From contig JBPOIU010000020.1 of assembly GCA_052034255.1 (NCBI GenBank), positions 777 to 64,776 of the forward strand: a stretch of DNA of 64,000 nucleotides, read 5' to 3'. Numbering within the stretch: the first letter of the stretch is position 1; each line of letters starts with the position of its first letter. This document shows positions 47,120 to 56,662 of the stretch, one piece after another. The notes under the pieces are model-generated. The model did not search any database, was not told the DNA's origin, and saw only the letters and a program-made list of their open reading frames with translations. This stretch comes from Planctomycetota bacterium (GTDB taxonomy: Bacteria > Planctomycetota > B15-G4 > JADJEK01). Both the position numbers and the translations under genes were made by a program.

Positions 47120-48652
47120 TCCTAGCGCGTCGTCCAACGCCGCGAGCCAAGCGCGCGCCTCGCCTGCTGCCGCGGGAACGGCGGGACCGCCGTAGCGTGC
47201 CGCCACGCAGCGCGCCAACCAATCCCCGACGCGCACCGCGAGTTCGTCCGGCACGCCGCGCGCGCGCAGCTTGGACGCGAGATCGGGGCCATGCACCGAC
47301 GGCGCGGGCACGGCGAGTCGTGCGGCGAGCCACGCAACCACGGCGCGCTCCGCGTCGCGGTCGAGCGCGGCCTCGCAGCGTGCGAGTTCCGCGCCCCGAT
47401 CGATCGCGACCGGCGGTTCGACACGCAGTCGAACCGCTGGCGACGCGCGGCCGCCAGGCCGCGACCCGGACGCATGCGTTCCGTCGCTCCGCGTCGACGG
47501 CGCCGCGCCCGCGTCCGCGCCGCCACGATGTCCGAGCGTCCGCCACACCAGAGCGAGCACCATCGCGACGAGCACGCCGACGACCCACGGGGTCCCGAAA
47601 CTCGAGCCGTCCCCAGCTTCCGCCGAAACCTCGTCGACGAACTCCCCCGCGTCGTCCGCGACGCCAGGCGCTTCGAGATCCAACCGCGTCGCGCCCGATG
47701 CGTGCGGTCGAACGATCAGCGGCAGCGGCGCGGTCGCGGCTTCGACGTAGCGACCACCGTCCGCTGGATCGAACCACGCGCAACGCAGCGGCGGAATCTC
47801 GCGGACGTCGGCGTCGGTGGCGACGAGCGTCCAATCGAAGCGCCGACCGTCGACTTCGTCGCGGACCAACACGCCGCGCACGTGGAAACCGGACAACTTC
47901 CGCGCATCCGGTGGCACGACGTCGGCGAGATTGCCTTCACCGCTCAGTGTTCCGGACAGCACCAGCTCGTCCCCGACGGCGACGTCGCGCGCCGTCGTCG
48001 TCGCGGACCACGAGAACCGGCCGATCGCGCCGCAAAACGTGTCCGGCACGCCCGCGGTGGGCAGCGGCTTGACCTGGACGACCTCGGATGCGCCATCGAT
48101 GGCGGTCTCCACGCGATCGACGGGGGTGCGCCCGCGGAACAGGTCCTCCTCGAACCGCGTCGCCGATGCGAACTCGAGTCGCGGCGCCGTCCACGTCAGC
48201 GCTCCGGGCTCTCGCGCGATCACCGCGAACGGGACTTCGAGCACGAGATACGGCAAACCGTCGACGATCCGCACGCCACGCCGCGCCGCGGGAACCACGT
48301 CGTCGTTGCAGCCGATCGTCGCGCTCTCGCCGCTCGGGACGAGTCGTCGGATCGTCAGGCGCTCCGAGGACGCGCTCGACGCGGCGCTCGACAGATCGCT
48401 CGCGATCACGCGGACCGGCACGTCCGCCGCGCGTTGGAACATCGGCACCAAGCGGTCACGCACGAGCGACGGCTCCAGCCCGCACCGCACCGTCACGACG
48501 AACGACTCGCCGACGAACACGGAGCGCGTCCCGGCGTCGAGCGCGACGAAGCCACGCGCGTCGCCGCCGCACGCGACGCCGTGGCCGACCGCGCCGATCG
48601 CCAGCGAAAGCGTCACGAGCCATCGACGCAGCCCTTGCCTCGCCGCGATCAC
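47102..48652 (-). CDS. BatD-like protein (Bat operon)
   Basis: GTG start at 48652 overlaps the TPR gene stop (GTGA). Signal/TM helix near the N-terminus and a TM helix near the C-terminus (WVVGVLVAMVLALVW). Last gene of the MoxR/vWA operon. Confidence 0.55.
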   Translation of the reverse strand: MIAARQGLRRWLVTLSLAIGAVGHGVACGGDARGFVALDAGTRSVFVGESFVVTVRCGLEPSLVRDRLVPMFQRAADVPVRVIASDLSSAASSASSERLTIRRLVPSGESATIGCNDDVVPAARRGVRIVDGLPYLVLEVPFAVIAREPGALTWTAPRLEFASATRFEEDLFRGRTPVDRVETAIDGASEVVQVKPLPTAGVPDTFCGAIGRFSWSATTTARDVAVGDELVLSGTLSGEGNLADVVPPDARKLSGFHVRGVLVRDEVDGRRFDWTLVATDADVREIPPLRCAWFDPADGGRYVEAATAPLPLIVRPHASGATRLDLEAPGVADDAGEFVDEVSAEAGDGSSFGTPWVVGVLVAMVLALVWRTLGHRGGADAGAAPSTRSDGTHASGSRPGGRASPAVRLRVEPPVAIDRGAELARCEAALDRDAERAVVAWLAARLAVPAPSVHGPDLASKLRARGVPDELAVRVGDWLARCVAARYGGPAVPAAAGEARAWLAALDDALGERESN

Positions 48653-49347
48653 CAATCCCGCTCCCCGGTCGCGGGACGTGTCGCGCGCACGCGTTGCCGC
48701 AGCGCACGCTTCATGCGCTCCTTGGTGTCGAGCCGATCCAACAGCTCGAGGACACGCTGCGGCGGCAGTTCGTCGAGCGCCGCATCGAGATCGCGGTTCT
48801 CCGCGCGCGGATCGTTCGCCGGCGGCGGATCGGGTTCCCGTTCGGGCGGCGGCGTCTCGCGCTCGCGCCGCATGCGTTCCAGGTCGGCGATCCGACGCAA
48901 CGCGCGTTCGACGTTGCGGCGCGCCTGCGGCCAGTCGGCCCGCGTGATCGCGGCTTCCTGCCACCGCTCGCGCGCACGCACGGCCTGCGCCAGCGCGATG
49001 TCGAGCGCGAAACTCTCGGCCTCCGGACCGCTCGCTTGCGCCAACGATTGATCGCAGCGTGCGAACGCGACGCTGCCTTCGACGAACCGACAAAAGCCCG
49101 TGAAGGCGTCCGGCGCGCGGGCGGCCGCTGCTTGCGCGGCGGTCTCTGCTTGCGTCAACGCTCCGGCGCGCAGCGCGGCCAACGCGAGATTCGCGTGCAA
49201 CTCCGCCGGGGCGTCTTCGCCCGCGCGCTCGATCGCCGCACGGAACTCGACGGCCGCTTGCTCGAACCGCCCCGCGCGATACGCGTCCAAGGCAGTCACG
49301 AACGACGCCGCGGCCAACGCGACGCTCCACGCGAACACGGAGTTCAT
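48649..49347 (-). CDS. TPR-repeat protein (BatC-like)
   Basis: Signal peptide MNSVFAWSVALAAASF. TPR-like helices. ATG overlaps the BatB stop (ATGA). Confidence 0.6.
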   Translation of the reverse strand: MNSVFAWSVALAAASFVTALDAYRAGRFEQAAVEFRAAIERAGEDAPAELHANLALAALRAGALTQAETAAQAAAARAPDAFTGFCRFVEGSVAFARCDQSLAQASGPEAESFALDIALAQAVRARERWQEAAITRADWPQARRNVERALRRIADLERMRRERETPPPEREPDPPPANDPRAENRDLDAALDELPPQRVLELLDRLDTKERMKRALRQRVRATRPATGERDW

Positions 49348-50360
49348 CGCGGACTCCGCTCGGCCCAGGCCGCCTCGATCCACCATGCGACGGCGGCGAG
49401 CAGGGTCAACGCGAGCAGCGCCGACACCCCTTCACCGCCGTCCGCAGTCGCGACGCGAGCCGACGGCATCGCGCCGGTCCGCAAGACGTCGACGACGGCG
49501 TCGAGCGGATCGTTCCCGTCGACGAAGCGGCCTCCGCCCGCCTTCGCGAGCGCGACCAAACCCGAGCGATCGAAACGAGTGACCACGTCGTCGCCGCTTC
49601 CATCGCGCACGAAGCGTGCTGTGCCGGCTGGCCCGTGCTCGACCACCGAGATCTTCGCACCGAGCGCCGTGCCGAGCCCGACGCACGACACGGTGACGCC
49701 ACCCTCCGCGCACCAGCGCGCGGCGTCCGCGCCACGCCCCGCCAGATCCTCGCCATCGCTGAACAGCAGGATCGTCCGCGGCGTCTTCGCGGCGCGCGTC
49801 GGACCGAAGGCGCCCGCCGCGGCCTCCAAGGCCGTCGCGAAATCGGTGCCGCCTCGCCGCGGCAGGTCGGTCCCGACGTCGTCGAGCAGCTCGTGGAACG
49901 TCGCCCGGTCGTGCGTCAGCGGAATCGACGTCTGCGCATCGCCGGCGAACGTGACCAACGCGAAGCGGGCATCGTCGCGCGCGTCGACCAAGCGATGCAC
50001 GAGAGTTCGCGCGCGTTCGAGTCGACTCGGCGCGAGATCCTGCGCGAGCATCGAACGCGAGACGTCCAGCACGATCACCACGTCGGCGAACGCGGTGTCG
50101 GCGTCCGCCGGCTCGAAGCGCCGCGGCGGCGCCGTGGCGACGATCCACGCGGCGACGGCGCCGAGCGTGAACATCGCGATGCGTGCACGATGCATCCGGC
50201 GGCGCGGCGGCAGCGCGGCGGCGACGCGCGCGCCCACCGCGTCGCGCTTGCGCGCGTCTTGAGCCCGCAGCGCGCTCCACCACGCCCCGGCAAGCACGCC
50301 GATGATCGCGACTCCGAGTGCGAGCGTCGCCTCGTCCGCCACCAGACCCGGGGCGTTCAT
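49344..50360 (-). CDS. vWA domain protein (BatB-like)
   Basis: N-terminal TM helices. vWA MIDAS VIVLDVSRSM (DxSxS) and TFAGDA. C-terminal TM helix. ATGA overlap with the BatA stop. Confidence 0.8.
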   Translation of the reverse strand: MNAPGLVADEATLALGVAIIGVLAGAWWSALRAQDARKRDAVGARVAAALPPRRRMHRARIAMFTLGAVAAWIVATAPPRRFEPADADTAFADVVIVLDVSRSMLAQDLAPSRLERARTLVHRLVDARDDARFALVTFAGDAQTSIPLTHDRATFHELLDDVGTDLPRRGGTDFATALEAAAGAFGPTRAAKTPRTILLFSDGEDLAGRGADAARWCAEGGVTVSCVGLGTALGAKISVVEHGPAGTARFVRDGSGDDVVTRFDRSGLVALAKAGGGRFVDGNDPLDAVVDVLRTGAMPSARVATADGGEGVSALLALTLLAAVAWWIEAAWAERSPR

Positions 50361-51370
50361 GTCACGCCCTCCAGCACCCAAACCCGCATGGCGCGCGCGA
50401 GCGCGAACAGCGCCAACGCGCACGCGGCGAACCACGCGCCGCGATCTTCGTAGACGCGCCGCGGCAGAGTGGCCGCCGCGTCTTCCAATGCATCGATCGC
50501 CGCGTAGACGTCACTGAGTGCCGACGCGTCGCGAGCGGCGTAGAAGCGACCGCCGGTGAGGCTCGCGATGCGCTCGAGCGGGCGCGTGTCGATCGCTTCG
50601 AACGTTCCGGCGCCGACGACCGTCGGCGCATAGCGTCCGAGCCCGGCCGCGATCGCATCGACACGCACGTCGAGCGCGGCACACAACTGCGCCGCGTGAA
50701 CCGGTGTGATCTCGTCCTTCGCGTCCGGCGTACCGACGTTCTCCTCGCCGTCGGTCAGCAGGATCACGACCTTCGAGCGCTCACTCGCGCGCCGCAGCAG
50801 AGCGGCGCTGCGCGCGAGCGCGGCGCCGATCCCGGTCGCGTCCTCCTCGCCATCGGCTTCGACCCAGCGGATCCCGTCCAACGCGGCGCGCAGCGCGCGG
50901 TGATCGAGCGTGCACGGTGACACGACGTCGGGGAAGCGCGCGAACGTGACGATGCCGATGCGGTCGTTCGGACGCGCGTCGATGAACCGCCGCGCGGCGT
51001 CCTTGACCACGGCGAGCCGTGGCCGCTCGGGATCGAGGTCCTTCGCGGTCATCGACGACGACACGTCGAGGCACAGCACGATGTCGATCCCCTCGTGCCG
51101 CGTCGTCTCCTCGACGCCGATCCGCGGCCGCGCCAACGCCGCGAAGATGAACACCAGCGCGACGCACTCGACGAGACGCGGCCACGGCGCGAGTCGCGTG
51201 CGCCAGGTCGCCGGCAGGTCATCGAGGAACGGAAACGGCGCGAACGGCACGGCGGCAGGCCGACCGCGCGAACGCAGCCACAGCGCGAGAGGGGCCAACG
51301 CGCAAGCCCACAGGAACTGCGGCGCGCCGAAGCGCAGATCGAGAAGATCGGGCAGATCGGGCAGGTTCAT
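50357..51370 (-). CDS. vWA domain protein (BatA-like)
   Basis: N-terminal TM helix. vWA MIDAS IVLCLDVSSSM. LLTDGEEN. C-terminal TM helix. ATGA overlap with the upstream gene. Confidence 0.8.
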   Translation of the reverse strand: MNLPDLPDLLDLRFGAPQFLWACALAPLALWLRSRGRPAAVPFAPFPFLDDLPATWRTRLAPWPRLVECVALVFIFAALARPRIGVEETTRHEGIDIVLCLDVSSSMTAKDLDPERPRLAVVKDAARRFIDARPNDRIGIVTFARFPDVVSPCTLDHRALRAALDGIRWVEADGEEDATGIGAALARSAALLRRASERSKVVILLTDGEENVGTPDAKDEITPVHAAQLCAALDVRVDAIAAGLGRYAPTVVGAGTFEAIDTRPLERIASLTGGRFYAARDASALSDVYAAIDALEDAAATLPRRVYEDRGAWFAACALALFALARAMRVWVLEGVT

Positions 51371-52281
51371 GCCCGGAGCTCCCGCGCGGCGAACCACGAC
51401 GTGAAGAACGCCCGCAGCGTTGCCGACGCGTCCTCCGCCTCCGCCTGCGTGGCCCCGTGCTCGGCGAACTTCACGCGATCGGCGAGCCGAAGCAGGCGGC
51501 CCAACTCCGCGCTGCCGACTTCGACGGTGGCCGTGGTGATCACGCCGTCGCCGGTCAACTCCTCCGTGGTCCGCTCGAGCGCTGGGATCCCGCCTTCGAC
51601 CTCGAGGCACTCGCGCGCGAGTCGGGCCCACGCGGCGATCGCCGCGCTCGGAACCGTTGCGTCGACGGCTGCCGCATTGCCGAGCCAGACGTCGACGCGC
51701 GAGCGTTCGCCGGCCGCCCGCGTGTCGCCCCGACGGCGGCCATGGGCTCGCACGAGCAACGCGAACACCAGCGCGAGACCGACGCCGAGCATGACCCACC
51801 AGCGCGCGTGCGACGTCGGCTCGGGGAATGGCTCTCCGGGCAACTCGGGAACGCCCGCGTCGTCCGCGGGAAGCGACGAGGTCACGCGGAGCTCGAGCCC
51901 GTGACCGAGCGCGGGGATGACCTCACCGTCGCCGTTCTGCGCTCCCCAACGCGGCTTCTCGATCCGCACGACGTCGCGCTCGAACGCATAGGCGTCGAAG
52001 CGGATCGTCTCGACCACGACACCGTCGTCGACGCGCGACGCGCGGTCGGTCTCGCGCACGACGAGCGGCGCGAGAGCCGCGTCGTCCCACGGTTGCGGGC
52101 GCAGCGACTCCGTGAAGCGTCGCTCCACTTCGAGCGTGAACCGCTCACCGAACTCGACCGCGGTGACGTCGGGCACGATGCGCAGTCGCTGCGACACTTC
52201 CGGTAGCGGATCGATCACCACCGTCAGCACGACGAAGGCGCCTTGGAGCAACGCCAGCGGGCGATCGCGGCGCAGCGTCAT
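51367..52281 (-). CDS. hypothetical membrane protein of the MoxR/vWA operon
   Basis: N-terminal and central TM helices (ALLQGAFVVLTVVI; WWVMLGVGLALVFALLV). ATGA overlaps on both sides. In Bat operons this slot often holds a DUF4381-like protein. Confidence 0.5.
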   Translation of the reverse strand: MTLRRDRPLALLQGAFVVLTVVIDPLPEVSQRLRIVPDVTAVEFGERFTLEVERRFTESLRPQPWDDAALAPLVVRETDRASRVDDGVVVETIRFDAYAFERDVVRIEKPRWGAQNGDGEVIPALGHGLELRVTSSLPADDAGVPELPGEPFPEPTSHARWWVMLGVGLALVFALLVRAHGRRRGDTRAAGERSRVDVWLGNAAAVDATVPSAAIAAWARLARECLEVEGGIPALERTTEELTGDGVITTATVEVGSAELGRLLRLADRVKFAEHGATQAEAEDASATLRAFFTSWFAARELRA

Positions 52282-53198
52282 CGCTTCGCTCCGCGCACTT
52301 CGCGCATGCGGAAGAAGCGCATCAACGCCGGGCCGACGACGTCCTTGCCTTCGACCGCGGGCACGGGCACGTCGAGGACGTCGACGCGCGCGCGGCGCAG
52401 CGCGGCATCCGTCTCCTCCCGCCAGCGCGCGACGCGCGCGGCGTACGCGGCACGGACGCGCGCGCTGCTCCAGTCGACGAGTTTCGACTTCAGTCCTGTC
52501 ACCGCGCGCATGCGCGCGAGGCCGAGCGCGGGCGCCTCGAGCTCGGGCAACAGCAATCGCACCGCGACCACGTCGTGGCGCCGCGCACACAGATCGAGCG
52601 CCGCACTCGGCTCGAATCCGAGGAAGTCGGAGACGACGAACACGACCGCGTGTCGGCGCAGCGTGCGCGCGACGCGATCGAGAGCCGGCGCCATGTCGAC
52701 GGTCGCACGCGCCTCGGGGGCGGCCAGCACGTCGCGAACGACGCGCAGCGCGTGACCGCGGCCATTGGCCGGTCGCACCAGCGTGGGCACGCCGTCGCCG
52801 GCCAGCACGAGCCCGACCTTGTCGTGGTTGCGCGCGGCCGTCAGCGCCAACGTCGCGCAAACGCGTGCTGCGATCTGCCGCGCCGACCACGGTCCGAAAC
52901 CGCCGCGCATCGTCGGCGACAAGTCGAGCACGAACACGACCGTCAGTTCGCGCTCGTCGACGTACTTCTTGACGAACGGGCGACCGACGCGCGCGGTGAC
53001 GTTCCAATCGACCTGGCGCGGATCGTCGCCTTCCGCGTACTCCCGGACTTCGTCGAATTCGACGCCGGCGCCGCGGAACACCGAGGCATAGCTGCCCGCC
53101 ATCGAACCGGAGACGAGGCGCGTGGCGTGCACCTCGATGCGGCGGACTTCCGCGAGCAGCGCGAACAGTTCGTCGTCGACGTCCTGCGGTGCGGTCAT
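52278..53198 (-). CDS. DUF58 domain protein (MoxR partner)
   Basis: DUF58 core (GxYxSvFRGxGxEFdEvReYxxGDDxRxvDW). Located between MoxR and the vWA genes. Confidence 0.8.
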   Translation of the reverse strand: MTAPQDVDDELFALLAEVRRIEVHATRLVSGSMAGSYASVFRGAGVEFDEVREYAEGDDPRQVDWNVTARVGRPFVKKYVDERELTVVFVLDLSPTMRGGFGPWSARQIAARVCATLALTAARNHDKVGLVLAGDGVPTLVRPANGRGHALRVVRDVLAAPEARATVDMAPALDRVARTLRRHAVVFVVSDFLGFEPSAALDLCARRHDVVAVRLLLPELEAPALGLARMRAVTGLKSKLVDWSSARVRAAYAARVARWREETDAALRRARVDVLDVPVPAVEGKDVVGPALMRFFRMREVRGAKR

Positions 53199-53205
53199 GG
53201 CGACC

Positions 53206-54195
53206 TCACGGCACGGGGACGTGGTCGAAGACTTGGCGGACGACGTGCTCCGACGTCACGCCTTCGGCTTCGGCTTCGTAGGTCGTCAACACCCGATGGC
53301 GCAGCACGTCCATGCCGACGGTCTTCACGTCGTGCGGCGTGACGTAGCCGCGGCCCGCGAGGAACGCTTCCGCCTTCGCGGCCTGCGTCAGCGCGATCGA
53401 CGCGCGCGGCGATGCGCCGTACAGGATCAGCGGCTTCAACGCCGTGAGCCCGGCGTGCTCCGGCTCGCGCGTCGCGAACACCAGGTCGACGACGTACTCA
53501 TGGATCTTGTCGTCGACGTGGATCTCGTCGAGCAGCGCGCGCGCCTCGAGGACTCGTTGCGGCGTCGTGACTTGTCGCACGCTCGGCTTGAGCCCCGTCG
53601 TCGCCATGCGCTGGATGATCCGCTTCTCGTCGGCGCGCGTCGGATAGCCGACGACGAGCTTCAGCATGAAGCGATCGATCTGTGCTTCGGGCAACGGATA
53701 GGTGCCTTCGTGCTCGATCGGGTTCTGGGTGGCGAGCACGAGGAACGGCGACGGCAGCGCACGCGTCTCGCCCGCCAGCGAAACCTGGCGTTCCTGCATC
53801 GCTTCGAGCAGCGCGGATTGGACTTTGGCCGGCGCGCGGTTGATTTCGTCGGCCAGCACGAAGTGGCCGAAGATCGGGCCTTCACGCACCGTCCACTCGC
53901 CGGACTTCTGGCTGTACACATGCGTCCCGAGCAGGTCGGACGGCAGCAGGTCCGGCGTGAACTGCACGCGATGGAACGTGCCGCCGATCGCTTGCGCCAG
54001 CGACTGGACCGCCAGCGACTTCGCCAGGCCGGGCACGCCCTCGAGCAGGACGTGACCGTCGGCGAGCAGTCCGATCAACAACCCGTGGAGCAGGGCCGAC
54101 TGGCCGACGATGACGCTCTCGACTTCCTGCGTGATCGCGCGCAGGAACGGACTCTCGCGTTGGATGCGGTCGGTGACCGCTTGGACATTCGTCAC
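53206..54195 (-). CDS. MoxR family AAA+ ATPase
   Basis: VIVGQSALLHGLLIGLLADGHVLLEGVPGLAKS (Walker A), LADEINRAPAKVQSALLEAMQE, ATQNPIEHEGTYPLPEAQIDRF. GTG start chosen at 54195. The longer 5' extension was rejected because it would run into the divergent gene. Confidence 0.85.
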   Translation of the reverse strand: MTNVQAVTDRIQRESPFLRAITQEVESVIVGQSALLHGLLIGLLADGHVLLEGVPGLAKSLAVQSLAQAIGGTFHRVQFTPDLLPSDLLGTHVYSQKSGEWTVREGPIFGHFVLADEINRAPAKVQSALLEAMQERQVSLAGETRALPSPFLVLATQNPIEHEGTYPLPEAQIDRFMLKLVVGYPTRADEKRIIQRMATTGLKPSVRQVTTPQRVLEARALLDEIHVDDKIHEYVVDLVFATREPEHAGLTALKPLILYGASPRASIALTQAAKAEAFLAGRGYVTPHDVKTVGMDVLRHRVLTTYEAEAEGVTSEHVVRQVFDHVPVP

Positions 54196-54400
54196 GAAAC
54201 AGCACTCCGCTCGCGGGGATCGGGAGCCTACCCGGCGGAAGCCGCGCGACGGCAAGCCGGCGGCGGATCGATACGCGTGCTGCGCGACCCGGCGCGACGA
54301 ACGCGCGGCCGGACGACTTTCTCCACGAGCGGCTGTCCAGGTGCTGCTAGAAGAACGGGCATCCGCGCCACTCTCCCTGCGCTTTTTCCCAGGTGCCCGC

Positions 54401-56584
54401 ATGCGTCACATCCGTTGGATCGTCCTGACGATCGCGAGTTGTTTGGCGTCGCGTCCTGCGACGGCCTGCCCGCAGGATCGGCCCGCGCAACCGGGCGGAC
54501 TGCCCGCGGGCGTCACGCGCGAACAGATGTGGCCGGCCCCGACCGCGGCCGACTGGAACCTGCCCTGCCTCATCCAATGGCAGCGCAGCTGGGACGACGC
54601 GGTCGCGATCTCACGCCAGACGAAGCAGCCGATCCTCGTCTGCGTGAACATGGACGGCGAGATCGCCAGCGAGCATTACGCCGGCGTCCGTTACCGCCAG
54701 CCCGACATCGCGAAGCTGTACGAACCGTACGTCTGCGTGATCGCGTCGGTGTATCGCCACACGCCGCGCGACTACGACGAGCAGGGCCGCCGCATCCCGT
54801 GCCCGCGATTCGGCACCGTGACCTGCGGCGAGCACATCGCGATCGAACCGCTGCTGTTCGAGAAGTTCATGGACGGTCGCCGCATCGCGCCCCGCCACAT
54901 CATGGTCGAGCTGGACGGCAAGGAAACCTACGACGTGTTCTACGCGTGGGACACGCAGTCCGTATTCGACTCGATCAAGAACGGCATCGCGGATCGCAAG
55001 CAGGAGACGACGCCCCTGGTGCGCGGCGATCGACCGATCCTCGATCGCGTCGCGAGCCACGACAGCGTCGACAAGGCTGCGGTCGAGGCGGCGTTCGCGC
55101 AGGCCGACGCCGAACAGCGCAAACGTCTGCTCGAGGCCGCGCTCGCGCATCCCGAAGCCGCCCCGACCGACCTGATTCGCCTCGGCGTGCTCGATCTCGA
55201 TCCGCGGATCCAGGAGCTCGCGCGCCAGGCTCTCGCGGCAACCTCGTCCGAAGGCGCCGTCGACCTCATCGCCGAGACGTTGAGCGCGCCGATCCCGGCC
55301 GCCGATCGCGACGCGTTGGTCGGCACGCTCGATCGCATCGGCGAAACGTCGCTGCGCGCGAAGTCGTTCGCGAACGTCCACAAGGGCTTGTCGACGCGCT
55401 CGGGCGCCGTGGACGTGGACGCATGGACGCGCGCGTTGGCGGAGGCCCCACCCGCCGATGCGAGCGGCGCCGCGTATTCGCCGGCGTTCGATCAGCAGGA
55501 TCGCGTCGTCGAAGGCAAGGACGCCGAGGCGAAGGTCGCGCTCGCGGAGGACTTCCTGAAGCGCGCCGAGGACGTCGAACCGAAGATCGCGCGCGCGTTG
55601 GTGCAAGACGCGCAGCGGTTGGCGCTCGATGCCGAGGCGCTCGGCGCGAAGGGATGGCGAGTCAACGCGGTACTCGCCGTTTGCGCGCATTCGCTCGGTG
55701 ACGCCGAGCAAGCGCGGACGCGCGCGGAGGCCGCCGTTTCGTCGATGCCGACCGACGTCCAGGACTGGAACGCGATGGCGGTGCTCGCGCTGTTCGCGCA
55801 GGCGCGGCAGAAGGCGATCGCCGAGGCCGTGGTCGCGAAGCGCGATTGGCCGCCGCAATGGCTGACCGACCTGAACGCCGCATACGGAGTCCTCGCGCGC
55901 CACCCCTACGGCTCCGATGCGCACGTCGCCGCGCACTACGACTTCCTGCGGTGGTTCAAGGCCCGTCGCCAAGCGAATCAAGTCCTCGACGCGGGCCTCG
56001 ACCGCTTCAGCGACTCGTGGCTGCTGCACGAACGCCTACGCACCCGCGTCCTGGAAGAACAAGGACTCGACGGACTCGAGCCCACTTACGCGAAGTGGCT
56101 CGAAGCCGGCACCGTGACCGGCGGCAAGCTCTGGTACGCGGGCTTCGCGTCCTCGGTCGCGGCCGAGTACGAGCGCCGCTTCGGCGATCTCGATGCCGCG
56201 CTGCGCGTGTACGACCACGCGATCGCGCTGTACGACCGCGCGCGCGAGGCCGATCCGACGTTGGCGGAAGCCGCGGATACGCAGGCGGCGATCGCGATCG
56301 GCGCCAAGGCGCGCGTGGCGCTCGAGCGCGGCGACGACGTCAACGCATTGACGTGGGTCGTGGCTTCGCTCGAACGCAAGGAGTCGGCCGGCGCGACGCA
56401 GGACGGCCTCAACCTGACGACGATCGACACCGCGAAGATGCTGCGCGCGCGCCTGCGCGAGACGAAGCAGGACGCCGCCGCGGCGACGCTCGAAGCCAAG
56501 CTGCGCTCGATCGATCCGAAGTTGCTCGAACTGCCGGCCTACGAACGCGAGGTTCCACCACCACCGCCGCCCGCGGGACCTTGA
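54401..56584 (+). CDS. large secreted hypothetical protein
   Basis: Signal peptide MRHIRWIVLTIASCLASRPATA. AGGTG RBS. About 727 aa, alpha-helical C-terminal two-thirds. No confident family. Divergent from the MoxR operon. Confidence 0.5.
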   Translation: MRHIRWIVLTIASCLASRPATACPQDRPAQPGGLPAGVTREQMWPAPTAADWNLPCLIQWQRSWDDAVAISRQTKQPILVCVNMDGEIASEHYAGVRYRQPDIAKLYEPYVCVIASVYRHTPRDYDEQGRRIPCPRFGTVTCGEHIAIEPLLFEKFMDGRRIAPRHIMVELDGKETYDVFYAWDTQSVFDSIKNGIADRKQETTPLVRGDRPILDRVASHDSVDKAAVEAAFAQADAEQRKRLLEAALAHPEAAPTDLIRLGVLDLDPRIQELARQALAATSSEGAVDLIAETLSAPIPAADRDALVGTLDRIGETSLRAKSFANVHKGLSTRSGAVDVDAWTRALAEAPPADASGAAYSPAFDQQDRVVEGKDAEAKVALAEDFLKRAEDVEPKIARALVQDAQRLALDAEALGAKGWRVNAVLAVCAHSLGDAEQARTRAEAAVSSMPTDVQDWNAMAVLALFAQARQKAIAEAVVAKRDWPPQWLTDLNAAYGVLARHPYGSDAHVAAHYDFLRWFKARRQANQVLDAGLDRFSDSWLLHERLRTRVLEEQGLDGLEPTYAKWLEAGTVTGGKLWYAGFASSVAAEYERRFGDLDAALRVYDHAIALYDRAREADPTLAEAADTQAAIAIGAKARVALERGDDVNALTWVVASLERKESAGATQDGLNLTTIDTAKMLRARLRETKQDAAAATLEAKLRSIDPKLLELPAYEREVPPPPPPAGP

Positions 56585-56606
56585 CGATCGGGGACAGCGG
56601 GACACG

Positions 56607-56649
56607 AACGCGACGCGGCACGAGCCGGGGGCTCGAGCCGCGTCGCGTT
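56607..56649. terminator. bidirectional terminator hairpin between convergent genes
   Basis: AACGCGACGCGGC ... GCCGCGTCGCGTT form a 13-bp perfect stem, extended by an inner CGAGCC/GGCTCG helix. Lies in the 78-bp gap between 54401..56584 (+) and 56663..59113 (-). Confidence 0.6.
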
Positions 56650-56662
56650 CCCGTCCGTCCGG

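Noticed and set aside
47291-49051. 586-aa plus-strand ORF (and 48088..50262, 724 aa) over the Bat operon
   Set aside because: Antisense to BatD, TPR and vWA genes that have clear domains and coupled start-stop overlaps. Arg/Ala/Ser low-complexity translation.
54196-54402. Longer MoxR start (398-aa version)
   Set aside because: Would overlap the divergent gene starting at 54401 and adds an Arg/Ser-rich leader. The canonical MoxR N-terminus begins near GTG 54195.
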